In this document: piece after piece, positions 10,505 through 20,081 of the stretch
Layout of the letters: each line of letters begins with the position of its first letter
How positions within the stretch are numbered: position 1 is the first letter of the stretch
Source: Trichodesmium erythraeum IMS101
Lineage (GTDB): Bacteria; Cyanobacteriota; Cyanobacteriia; Cyanobacteriales; Microcoleaceae
DNA: 32,000 bases
Direction of reading: 5' to 3'
Assembly: GCF_000014265.1 (NCBI RefSeq)
Contig: NC_008312.1
Location: 1,680,001 to 1,712,000, forward strand
The notes under the pieces: generated by a model
The model's database searches: none
What the model was told of the DNA's origin: nothing
What the model saw: the letters and a program-made list of their open reading frames with translations, nothing else
Translations under genes and position numbers: made by a program

Positions 10505-11377
10505 ATGGATTTTTATATTGTAGATGTATTTGCTGAAACTAAATATTCTGGTAATCAATTAGCTGTATTTACTGGCGCTGAAGTAGCTAATCTTTCTGAT
10601 GAGAAAATGTTACAAATTGCTAGAGAAATGAATTATTCAGAAACTACTTTTCTTCTCTCTTCTGAACAACAAAATGGTGGTTACGATGTGCGAATATTTA
10701 CCCCGACTAAAGAATTACCTTTTGCCGGGCATCCAACTTTAGGAACTGCTTATATTATTCAGCGAAAAATTATTAAAAGTCTGGTAGAACAAGTAGTTTT
10801 AAATCTGGGTGTAGGGCAAATTCCTGTGAGTTGGAAAGGTGAAGTTTTATGGATGAGCCAGAATGTTCCGACTTTTGCTCAAAAACATCAAGTTGAAACT
10901 GTGGCAGAGGTATTAAATTTAGAAGTAGTTGATATTGATACTAGATTTCCTATTCAGGAAGTTTCGACAGGGATACCTTTTATAATTGTACCTTTGAAAA
11001 GTCTGGTGGCATTGAAAAAAGCTAAGGTTAATTTGGATAAATATTATCAATTTATTCAAACAACAAAGGTAACAGAAATTTTGATATTTTGCCCAGAGAC
11101 ATACAAAGATATTGATGATTTAAGCGTGAGAATGTTTGCTCCCTATTTAGGAATTACTGAAGACCCGGCAACAGGTAGTGCTAATGGTTGTCTAGCAGGA
11201 TATTTAGCTGAGTATAATTATTTTAATCAGAGGAAAATTGATATTAGAGTAGAACAAGGATATGAAATTAATCGACCATCTTTATTATTGTTACAGGCTG
11301 AGAAAAAAGCCGGCAAAATCGAAGTATTTGTGGGTGGAAATGTTGTGATGATTGCTCAAGGAAAATTTGTTGCTTGA
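10505..11377 (+). CDS. PhzF-family (phenazine biosynthesis-like) isomerase
   Basis: 290 aa. The N-terminus FYIVDVFAETKYSGNQLAVF, the YSETTF block, FAGHPTLG and DPATGSANGCLAGYL are typical of PhzF/YddE-family proteins. Confidence 0.9.
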   Translation: MDFYIVDVFAETKYSGNQLAVFTGAEVANLSDEKMLQIAREMNYSETTFLLSSEQQNGGYDVRIFTPTKELPFAGHPTLGTAYIIQRKIIKSLVEQVVLNLGVGQIPVSWKGEVLWMSQNVPTFAQKHQVETVAEVLNLEVVDIDTRFPIQEVSTGIPFIIVPLKSLVALKKAKVNLDKYYQFIQTTKVTEILIFCPETYKDIDDLSVRMFAPYLGITEDPATGSANGCLAGYLAEYNYFNQRKIDIRVEQGYEINRPSLLLLQAEKKAGKIEVFVGGNVVMIAQGKFVA

Positions 11378-11889
11378 AACAGGAAGCAATGAGACTGATT
11401 TTCAAAATGGATGTGATGATATTTATCAAGAAAAACAAATAAAAGAAAAGATAAAAAATAGAATGTAAATTAAATATTCAAAGCTCTATACTGCGGGGGG
11501 AAATTAAAAATCTATCACGATTAACAAAATTCTTTCTAGAGGTCATTACTAATATCAGTCTCATCAAATAATGCTACAAATAATAAAATAAATATTTTTA
11601 CTACGAACAAAGATTTGTAAAAGCACTACAAAATCCCACTAAAACTGATAATTATAAAAATATCTATTTTGGGGCTATTATAATCATTTCTACTATGTTA
11701 CCTATTTTTACTCATCTTTCTCTATATATTTATTTTGTGATTGGTTACTTAAGAAAAAAAGCAATACATTTATAGAGGTATAGGAAGATGAGGATATAAG
11801 AAGATTGAAAAACTCATAATTAGCATCTTTTATTATTCAAGCACCAGGAGACTAATGCTAGAAACAATTCCAGCTCAAAATGTAGACTT

Positions 11890-12478
11890 ATGGAGTTAGT
11901 CGATAACTTTAATATTCAGTTAGTTGAAGATAATAATTTTCCCTCCGAGTCGCAAGAAAATTTTCCAGAAATAATAGACATAGAAAAAAACTTTTAGATA
12001 AAGTTAGAAGAGGATTTATTAACTTACTTAATTATCTACCACTTTAAGAATATGTAGTCAAAATGTAAGTTCTAGAACCGATTTTATTTATTGATGATTT
12101 TTATCTTACACCCTTCTATATTAAGTCATAAAATTAGATATAAATAGAGAGCGAAGATGATGGAATAATTATCAAAGTTAGAATTGAAATTCTAGTATTA
12201 AAAAAACAACTTTTGGTGATGGTAATTGAATAAAAAAATCTGCATCTTTTGTGGAAGTGAGACTAGATAAAATATTAGTATATATGCTGGGAAATTCTCA
12301 CAAAAAAACTAGTTATGGTCTAATTACTACTGGCAAAAAAATCACTTTTATCAAGTTAGTTAAAGCTGAAAATCATAAGTATGGAATTTAAAGTTTATTT
12401 ATAACTCGAAACCCTAGAGATTTGTATTGGGTTCTGCAAATTTTGAAGCATTTAAGTCAAATTGTTTTAAATAGCTAA
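11890..12478 (+). pseudogene. Decayed HSDR_N-like (type I restriction enzyme R N-terminal domain-like) cyanobacterial hypothetical gene
   Basis: Reading across three frames gives MELVDNFNIQLVEDNNFPSESQENFPEIIDIEKNF*..., ...ILVLKKQLLVMVIE*... and ...LVKAENHKYGI*SLFITRNPRDLYWVLQILKHLSQIVLNS*. The order matches my recollection of this family, but there are many stops and frameshifts. The family assignment is from memory. Confidence 0.5.
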
Positions 12479-12629
12479 ATAGTAACTACTCAGCGGTCAC
12501 CTACTAGCAATAAGTGAAAAGATATTCAAATTTATAGTAGTTTTCAGGTTGGGAACATAAAAAAAGAGAACCCTGTAGGGAAATTGCATAGAACCTCCCT
12601 ACTTCTCTACTGTCTTACTCCCCTATTTC

Positions 12630-13406
12630 CTACATAAATTTACTGCCTTTTGGCCAACCATATAACTGTAATCTGTAGAAAAAGTTGGGAAACAAAGCGA
12701 ATAGATACTTAAAAATCTTAAAGCCAAAAGGCTCATCATAAGTTCCCACCCATTCCTTACTATTTTCTATCCAATTAACTATTTTTTCGGCTACCTGATC
12801 CGCAGGTGGAGCAGAATTAACGCGATTTTCTCGAATCTTATAAGCTTTATCATTCAAACGATTTACAGGTGCCCAAGCAAACTTACCAGCAATTACGCCA
12901 GGGCGATATAACCGCAGGCGAATCATATTTTTACTAGAATGATAAACAATTGGTCCGACACCAGACCAAAAATAATGTAGGGCTATTTTACCAGAATGAT
13001 AAACAGGTCCGAAACAAGAGGGACTCCCATCAGCAATTGAGCCAATGGCAATTACATCTAAACATCTGCTCCGAGCTAACTTTGCTGCTTCAGTACCAAC
13101 AACAGCAGGCCAAGAATAATTAACCCTATTCATCGACTCCACTAACTCAACTACAGGGATGCCACCCTCTCCCACTTCCGTCTCAATTTGACCAGCATTC
13201 AAAATCACCACATCTGGGTCATACTCAAAGAGTTTTTTGGCATCCTCAATAGTTTCTTGGGGTGAAATACATAGCTCATCAAAAAAATTTCCCTCTAAAT
13301 TAGGTTGACGAGTCACACCAACAACTTGCCACCCCCGTGACTTATATGCTTTACCCATCGCACTACCTAAAGTGCCAGAAATTCCAGTAATTACAACAGT
13401 CTTCAT
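12630..13406 (-). CDS. Classical short-chain dehydrogenase/reductase (SDR)
   Basis: The Rossmann motif VVITGISGTLGSA, the NAG motif (ILNAG), a catalytic Ser (IGSIAD), YxxxK (YHSGK) and the PG motif (YRPGVI) all occur in canonical order. Confidence 0.82.
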   Translation of the reverse strand: MKTVVITGISGTLGSAMGKAYKSRGWQVVGVTRQPNLEGNFFDELCISPQETIEDAKKLFEYDPDVVILNAGQIETEVGEGGIPVVELVESMNRVNYSWPAVVGTEAAKLARSRCLDVIAIGSIADGSPSCFGPVYHSGKIALHYFWSGVGPIVYHSSKNMIRLRLYRPGVIAGKFAWAPVNRLNDKAYKIRENRVNSAPPADQVAEKIVNWIENSKEWVGTYDEPFGFKIFKYLFALFPNFFYRLQLYGWPKGSKFM

Positions 13407-14035
13407 TTTATTTTTTTATAAACAACTAATATATATAGCTCAATAAGTTTAGGTTAGGTCTCAAAACGAAACTCAATCATAATACAATATGGTTCAGTTA
13501 AGGATTTTTTTTGGCACTCCTGTAATTTGAAAAGCTGATTTAACTGTTTCATAACTTATGAGTGGTCTGATCTGAACCGTATTAAATCATAGTAAGGTTG
13601 TGTTGAGTTTCACTAGTCGATAGAGATATCACGCCTCATATCCACCCACTGTACATGAGAGTTTCGCTCCTCATAGGGCTCCTAATAATAAAGATTGCCA
13701 CCGAAAGGGTGCATATACTTTCTTTTACCCACCTTTATTTCCATCTAGGGTTTGCCAGATTTTCTTTTAATGGTAGTCTACTAAATTTAGCTTTTTAGGT
13801 ATCGGCTTCTTGTTTATAGGGGGCAGAGCTTCCTCTTCGTACTAGGATAAAAGCTGTTTTTTCAAGTTCAATTTCTGCTTCCCGCCAACCTTTTTACTTC
13901 CCCAGCTACATTATCTAGTCGCGTCAATTTAGCACTAAAGTGACACATTATTTAAAATAGTGGGTGAAAACAGATTGTTAAATGCCTCTCACAGCATAAA
14001 TTTTAACCTTTTAAAACATCCTATCAATTTTGCTG

Positions 14036-15550
14036 TCAAATTATAGCTTTTTGTAATATAGTATCCGCAACTCTCAGAGCATTTGCCGCAATAGTCAAAG
14101 CTGGACTAACACCCAAAGCATTAGGCATAAATCCACCATCCACAACAAAAACATTTTCATGCTCATGTAAACGACAATCTTTGTTAAGCACAGATGTATT
14201 AGGATCTGTACCAAACCTAGTTGTACCTACCTGGTGGGATGTATGAATATCATCTTTATCACCTGTTGCTCCAAAAGATAATATTGATCCTGCCAAGCGG
14301 AATACCTGTTTTAATTTGCTCTTATAGTATTGAGAACGGTAAACATCATAAGGATGAAATTTGTGAAATAGACGAATTTTGCCATCTTTACCTAATTCTA
14401 TCCGATTTTCCTGTTGGGGTAAATCTTCCACAATGCCAGTTATTGCCAACATTCGCTTGAGCAGAAATTCGGCGATGGTTTTTGGTATTGGTATGGGGAA
14501 ATTTTGTTGTAGGGAAAGAAGTCCTGGAATAGGAACTGTTTGAGCTAACCCCAATTTGTGAGTAAATTCTTTATTTCCCAGATACAGGTCTGTAAACCCT
14601 AATTGTTTAATGAATTTATCTGCCCCTCCTGTCTCTTGTTTGAATAAACCTGCCACTAAAGCACCACAATGATACATATAATTACGCCCTACTTGTCCGC
14701 TACGTCCTGTTAAGCCAGACTTCATCAAAATAATTGGACTACCTAAAGCTCCCGCAGAAAGAATATAAAGTTTAGCTGTCAGTTCTTGAACTTTGTTAGT
14801 TTTGCGACAACGGAGGCGAATACCTGTAACTTTTTGGTGACTGTTAGTAACTAAACGGTCTGCTTCTGTGAAAGTTTGAACTTGAAGGTGGTAATCAAGA
14901 GTGGCCTTATCAATAGTACGTACTACCGTAGAAGCACGAGCTTCATTTGGGCAGTAGAAACCAGGACATTTTGAACAACGCAGACAACTTTTGAAATCTA
15001 TACCAAAGGGCAGATGAAATGGCATTAACCCGGCATCTTTTATACCTTTTTCCAATTGTTGGTTAATTGGCTCGAGTGGAGGAACTGTAGCTGGATAACC
15101 TTTGCTTGGTGTTCCTACATTGGGCATTTTATATGGCCGATCTCCAGCAACATGAAATAATGTTTCTGCTTGCTCGAAGTAGGGAGCCATATCATCGTAA
15201 GTAATGGGCCAATCCCACAGGTGACGGGGTAGCCATTGGTCATAGAATTTACCAGGGTGGAAGTCATAAGGACTTGGACGCATTAATACACCTCCATATA
15301 AAGATGTACCACCCCCTAATATTCCGGCAATATGAAGTTGGGCGTTACGTCCATTAACTTCAATTTGGCGATCGTCAAAAGCTTCTTTATTTATTAACAT
15401 TCTTTGCTCATCTTGGAAAGCTTCAACATCACTAAATCTTGGACCACGTTCTACTATAAGAACCTGTTTACCAGCTTTTGCTAGAGTATGGGCGATCGTT
15501 CCTCCTCCTGCACCGCTGCCAATAATAATTGCATCAAAATCGTAACCCAC
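14036..15550 (-). CDS. GMC-family FAD-dependent oxidoreductase
   Basis: It has the N-terminal FAD fold DFDAIIIGSGAGGGTIAHTLAKAGKQVLIVERG and the C-terminal GMC block HQVGTTRFG...VFVVDGGFMP. It starts with GTG (15548-15550). A Cys cluster CLRCSKCPGFYC lies at residues 189-200. Confidence 0.9.
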   Translation of the reverse strand: MGYDFDAIIIGSGAGGGTIAHTLAKAGKQVLIVERGPRFSDVEAFQDEQRMLINKEAFDDRQIEVNGRNAQLHIAGILGGGTSLYGGVLMRPSPYDFHPGKFYDQWLPRHLWDWPITYDDMAPYFEQAETLFHVAGDRPYKMPNVGTPSKGYPATVPPLEPINQQLEKGIKDAGLMPFHLPFGIDFKSCLRCSKCPGFYCPNEARASTVVRTIDKATLDYHLQVQTFTEADRLVTNSHQKVTGIRLRCRKTNKVQELTAKLYILSAGALGSPIILMKSGLTGRSGQVGRNYMYHCGALVAGLFKQETGGADKFIKQLGFTDLYLGNKEFTHKLGLAQTVPIPGLLSLQQNFPIPIPKTIAEFLLKRMLAITGIVEDLPQQENRIELGKDGKIRLFHKFHPYDVYRSQYYKSKLKQVFRLAGSILSFGATGDKDDIHTSHQVGTTRFGTDPNTSVLNKDCRLHEHENVFVVDGGFMPNALGVSPALTIAANALRVADTILQKAII

Positions 15551-15935
15551 TACTCTCTCCCAATATATTTTTTGATTTTTTGATAGGGTTTGTATGTGTA
15601 GTGATATTTAGAAGTCAACTCATTTCACTGTGAGAAGTCTAAATACAAAAATTACTACTTGTACACCACTACCGATAAATTAATGAGTTGATTGAGAAAC
15701 TTTTCTAGTTCGGTTTTGCTACTGACTTTATTCTGCTAGAATTTAACTGTGAAAAATAGCAAAAATTAGTCTCTAAACAAAGGATAGGAACTAGAAAATA
15801 TTAATAGATAAATATTCTCAAATCATCGACCAACTTCCCAACTTTTGACAATAAAATTAGGCCTTAAGCCTCCTACTGCAGTAGGAGGTATTGTTAATTA
15901 TTAAGTATTAATTGTGAAGAAGATAACTAAAATGA

Positions 15936-16796
15936 TTAGGTTGATGATGAAACTTTTTCTTTTTGATTTTCCTTGCCAAACAATTTTTCTAAACGGTCTT
16001 CCCAGTGTTTCTGATTAATATTTGCATCTTGAATATAGGGAGAAATTGCAATTATTTTCATCATTAATTCATTCAAAAATGAAAGAGGAAAACGCATTGG
16101 TCTCATGACATCTAAAAATAAAACAGCACGAACACCATCAGTTTCATTCCAAGCTTCATGAGGAAAAGAATCATCAAAAATCATACTCTTTCCTTCTTCC
16201 CAATGACGAGTTTCATTTCCGACGCGAATACGACATTTTTCTTTTGGTTCAGGTACTTTTAATGCTAATAAATAACGAATAACTCCTTTGTATGGACCTC
16301 GGTGTTCCGGAATATGTTTACCAGGCATTAAAATCGAAAAGAATGCAGTTTTCATTCCCGGAATTTTTTCAATTAAACGAGTTGTTTCTGGGCATCTTTG
16401 ACAATTTTTTTCTGCTTTAATTCCATACCCATACATAAAATATGTTTTCCACAAATCGTCAGGGCTAGTATAATCAGCTTGGTCTGGAGAAATATCTTGA
16501 AAATTGGGTAAATCATCTCGATATTTGAGGAGTTCATCTAATTCCTTTCTAATCAATATCCAATTTGCATCTATCTCGTTCACCCACTCAAAGTGGTGAG
16601 GTTCCAAAAATGCTGTATTGCCAATTAAGGAATAACTAGGAATTAGCTTTTCATAATATCCAAGTAATTTGGCTCCAATTTTATATATTAATATTTTCCT
16701 AAATTTTGCCTTTATATTTTCTAAAGAAAGTTGAAGCATAGATTTTTTGTCACTATAATTTAACCTAATTGGACAGTTTTTAATCACTAGTTCCAA
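15936..16796 (-). CDS. Aspartyl/asparaginyl beta-hydroxylase-family (LpxO-like) 2OG/Fe(II) oxygenase
   Basis: The HIPEHRGPYKGVIRYLLALKVP and FDDSFPHEAWNETD blocks match the Asp/Asn beta-hydroxylase fold. The track start at 16796 is TTG; an ATG at 16737-16739 (MLQLSLEN) is an alternative start. Confidence 0.84.
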   Translation of the reverse strand: MELVIKNCPIRLNYSDKKSMLQLSLENIKAKFRKILIYKIGAKLLGYYEKLIPSYSLIGNTAFLEPHHFEWVNEIDANWILIRKELDELLKYRDDLPNFQDISPDQADYTSPDDLWKTYFMYGYGIKAEKNCQRCPETTRLIEKIPGMKTAFFSILMPGKHIPEHRGPYKGVIRYLLALKVPEPKEKCRIRVGNETRHWEEGKSMIFDDSFPHEAWNETDGVRAVLFLDVMRPMRFPLSFLNELMMKIIAISPYIQDANINQKHWEDRLEKLFGKENQKEKVSSST

Positions 16797-16855
16797 GATA
16801 ATATAATATAAAATAAACTCTCTAGGATCTCCATTAATAATATCTAAAGTCTAAT

Positions 16856-17746
16856 ATGAGTAGCACTATTACACCTTCTCAAGAGAATATAAGTCAGTTG
16901 TCTGACGCTAAGACGACAACCTTTACTTCGGGTTCCCTAGTAGGAGATTTTTTTCAAGAAACTCTAGCATTAACCCGTCGGTTATTTATTCAACTGAAGC
17001 GACGACCTTCTACTTTAATTGCTGGAATTATTCAACCTCTGATGTGGTTAATTCTATTTGGGGCACTTTTCCAAAATGTACCTCAAGGCTTATTTGGTGA
17101 AAGTCAAAACTACGGACAGTTTCTCGGTGCTGGTATTATTGTCTTTACTGCTTTTGCTGGTGCCCTTAATGCAGGCTTACCAGTGATGTTTGACCGAGAG
17201 TTTGGTTTTCTCAACCGCCTATTGGTAGCGCCATTGACATCCCGCTTTTCTATTGTCTTAGCCTCAGCTACTTTTATCGTCACCCTGAGTTTACTTCAAT
17301 CAGCTATTATCATTGGTGCAGGTGCATTTTTGGGTGCAGGATTACCTAATATATTGGGATTAGCTACGATCGCCCTGATTATTTTAATGTTAGTTTTGGG
17401 TGTGACTGGTTTAAGCTTGGGTCTGGCTTTTGCTTTACCAGGTCACATTGAACTTTTGGCCGTGATTTTTGTAACTAATTTACCTTTGTTATTTGCTAGC
17501 ACTGCTCTGGCACCTCTATCTTTTATGCCGAGTTGGTTACAAGTAGTAGCTAGTTTAAATCCTTTGAGCTATGCGATCGAACCTATTCGTTATCTGTATC
17601 TACATCATAATTTCTCTTTTGGTAGTGTAGTTATGGAAGCGCCTTTTGGTGATATTTCCTTTGGGATAGCATTACTAGTGCTATTAGTTTTTGATATTGT
17701 GACTCTAGTCGCAATTCAACCTCTATTACGTCGTCGGTTTGCCTAG
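16856..17746 (+). CDS. ABC-2 type transporter permease
   Basis: 296 aa with about six hydrophobic spans. The RRPSTLIAGIIQPLMWLILFG opening and the overall ABC-2 (DrrB/NodJ-like) layout fit this family. No cognate ATPase gene is adjacent in this window. Confidence 0.86.
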   Translation: MSSTITPSQENISQLSDAKTTTFTSGSLVGDFFQETLALTRRLFIQLKRRPSTLIAGIIQPLMWLILFGALFQNVPQGLFGESQNYGQFLGAGIIVFTAFAGALNAGLPVMFDREFGFLNRLLVAPLTSRFSIVLASATFIVTLSLLQSAIIIGAGAFLGAGLPNILGLATIALIILMLVLGVTGLSLGLAFALPGHIELLAVIFVTNLPLLFASTALAPLSFMPSWLQVVASLNPLSYAIEPIRYLYLHHNFSFGSVVMEAPFGDISFGIALLVLLVFDIVTLVAIQPLLRRRFA

Positions 17747-18258
17747 ATGTGATATCCTCCAACCCTTAGCCTATAGGTAAAACAAAGACTGACCTATCTC
17801 ACAAGTTCAGCATTCGGTACTATCATATTACTTGTCTAGTTCATAGACCTCTGACAGACTGGACCGGATCCAAAAACGGTATCCTTCATAGTATAGTGAT
17901 GGTATATGTGAATTAATGATGCCTAGTAAGGGAGCAAAATGCTCCCATTGCCCAAGCCCAATATCAAAATAGTTATAATAGACCATCATTAGCATACACC
18001 ACCACCCAAAAAACAAGTTTTTAAGCCTGCCATTTAAAAGTTCGGAAAAAAATCAACTTCAGTTTTAGGTAAAACAGTCGCCATTACTATCACGACATTC
18101 TTAAACTATCAAATTTAGTCAAAGTAATAATTTAACTTCTGACTTGTGAGAGCTGAATTTTGAATTAAACTATATATATTTTCTTGATCAAAAAATATTA
18201 AAAAAGTTGTATCCTAAATACATCTGATAAATTCCCTAAAAAACTAAAATACTACATT

Positions 18259-18630
18259 ATGCCTGCCCAACTTTTCACTAAAATTCTTTTGAGTACCTTA
18301 ACCACAGGAATAATCACGGTAGTCCTGCCTCAGGGTACTTTTGCTCAATCTTATAACAATAATACAGTTAATCCTTTAAAGGATTTACAAACAATAGATA
18401 ACTCTGATCCTTTCACTGGTTCAGGTGGGATAGATATGTTCGATATTATTCATAACTCCAGACTGGGAAATAAGCAGAACATGAAGGAGTATATGCTCGA
18501 ACAACGTGATAGTCTAAATGACGCAGCAACACAGTTCCGCAATAAACAAAAAGAACTTATAGAACAACCACAGAATACTACTGGTAACACTCTTACTCCT
18601 TCTACAAGTAGTATGGAAAATAATCCTTAA
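18259..18630 (+). CDS. Small secreted hypothetical protein
   Basis: 123 aa with a plausible Sec signal peptide (MPAQLFTKILLSTLTTGIITVVLPQGTFAQ). The mature part is polar and Q/N-rich. No function can be recognised. Confidence 0.55.
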   Translation: MPAQLFTKILLSTLTTGIITVVLPQGTFAQSYNNNTVNPLKDLQTIDNSDPFTGSGGIDMFDIIHNSRLGNKQNMKEYMLEQRDSLNDAATQFRNKQKELIEQPQNTTGNTLTPSTSSMENNP

Positions 18631-18834
18631 AATACTTGTTAGTATTAATAGACTGATGCGTATTCAATGTTGCCTTGTATCAAATCCGATAGCATGGTTT
18701 TTATTCAGTATTAAAGATAAAAGTCCATATTTAGGGGCGAATGGCTATTCCCTCTTACACACTGAAATATTCTCGTGGAGGCGGTGCTTTACATTTTATT
18801 AACGCACCCTACTCGATCTTTTGACTAGCTAATT

Positions 18835-18903
18835 AGACATCTCCAGAAAAGCTTCTTAAGCCCTTAACCCGCCATTTCCAAATCAGCATTTTTGGAGAGG
18901 TCT
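18835..18903. mobile_element. 69-bp MITE sharing terminal inverted repeats with the IS at 25504-26641
   Basis: The ends are agacatctccagaaaa (left) and tttttggagaggtct (right). It is flanked by a 3-bp direct repeat, att, at 18832-18834 and 18904-18906. The ends match the IS termini agacctctccaaaa and tttttggagatgtct. Confidence 0.75.
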
Positions 18904-19321
18904 ATTATGTATAATTAGAATTTGCTTTTCTTTGTCTTGTGAGGGTAGAAATTAGGAAGCATGCAATTAGCAATTACAGCGATTTTCAGATTGATAAACC
19001 ACATCGTCACAACCAAAAAAAATCTTGTAGATACCTTCCTAGGATCCCTTACGGTGGTCTAATGAAATGAAAACTGCTGTAGGGAGCAGGTCGGCACAGA
19101 TAAATGCCTTGGTCACCGCGGAGGTAGTGGTAAGAATTGTCTCCTGATTTTTCTGCCTAAGTCCTTGAGAAATCAGATCTATGCATGAGCTTAAGCTACC
19201 CAACTTCTGCTACTTTTTGTACTCGGCAAAATTTGGCTATGAGCATAATTTGTGCCCATCCTTTGAGAATTAATCAGCAAGCTCTAATTATGTCTAACTT
19301 TTTAACTTCTGTAGTTAGCAC

Positions 19322-20081
19322 TTATTTTCTCATGAGGAAATCATCCTTACTAATAGATGGAATATTAGTTAGATTTATAAATTGACCACCAGTTCCAAAT
19401 TCTGCTTCTATATCATTAGCATTGTAGAATAATTTGCCGTTGTTGCTATTGTAAACAATTACTGTTGCTGAGGTTTCGGCATTAGAATAGAGCAGCATCT
19501 TCCACAACATGAAATACCCTGTCATTAATTGCACTCTCACACCCCGCATCAATAAAAGCCTTTTATTCTCCCTTAGAAATAACCGTTATTTCTCCACCAC
19601 TAGCAATAATATCTAAATCTCCTGTAGCAGCATCTTCCTTATTCTCTGAGATAGTCAAATTATATCTATGTTTCTCCTGCAGTCAGTCGAATAGCATCAT
19701 TTTCCGGGGTACTGTTCGCTTCAATAATAGCTTTCCTTAGAGAAAGTAACACGATCACTATCATCCACTATATCATTAGTAGTATTCACCATAATATTTG
19801 CTAACACTCCGGCATAACTTGCCTTAACTTCTGGTGTAAATGCTAACGCCGACTTAAGTTGAGCAAATATTACCTCTAAATTCCAGTTACCACCTCTGCT
19901 AACATTTCCAGTCAGTGTTTACGAGGCAGCAATATTTGCTCGGTGTGAGTTGATGAAGTTATCGAACAAATTCTCTACCTTCTTTACCACTTGCTATCTC
20001 ACAAGCATAAATCAATATTTTCCCATTAGCAGACAAATATTTACCCTTTTGCTGAATACCCTCAACATATAAATGAATATT
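19322..20081 (-). pseudogene. DUF4347/RTX-like large exoprotein gene, distal remnant (multiple frameshifts, internally deleted)
   Basis: Next to the IS the minus strand reads NIHLYVEGIQQKGKYLSANGKILIYACEIASGKEGREFV. Broken frames follow (ANIAAS*, GGNWNLE, TNDIVDDSD). It ends with the cyanobacterial RTX-type tail IVYNSNNGKLFYNANDIEAEFGTGGQFINLTNIPSISKDDF. Confidence 0.65.

Noticed and set aside
12930-13015. ~30-nt direct repeat inside the SDR gene (tttactagaatgataaaca.. and tttaccagaatgataaaca..) duplicating YHS(G/S)K
   Set aside because: The Tyr-to-PG spacing is normal for a classical SDR, so this is not an insertion. It is probably a chance or ancient internal similarity without clear consequence.
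14221-14460. Plus-strand 79-aa ORF inside the GMC oxidoreductase gene
   Set aside because: It is an antisense shadow ORF fully contained in a confident CDS.
17828-18016. Minus-strand 62-aa ORF after the ABC-2 permease
   Set aside because: It uses a non-ATG (TTG) start, has no RBS, has odd W/Y/M-rich composition and matches no recognisable family. It may be a gene fragment, but I cannot support a call.
19030-19180. Locally GC-richer patch with small hairpins (ctgct-gtaggg-agcag; ctgattt...aaatcag) in the spacer before the RTX-like relic
   Set aside because: It resembles no RNA family I know (tRNA, tmRNA, RNase P, SRP, 6S, group II intron domains), and no convincing coding frame is present. 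I leave it unassigned.
19185-19385. Plus-strand 66-aa ORF
   Set aside because: It overlaps the C-terminal relic of the DUF4347/RTX-like gene on the opposite strand, and nothing supports it.
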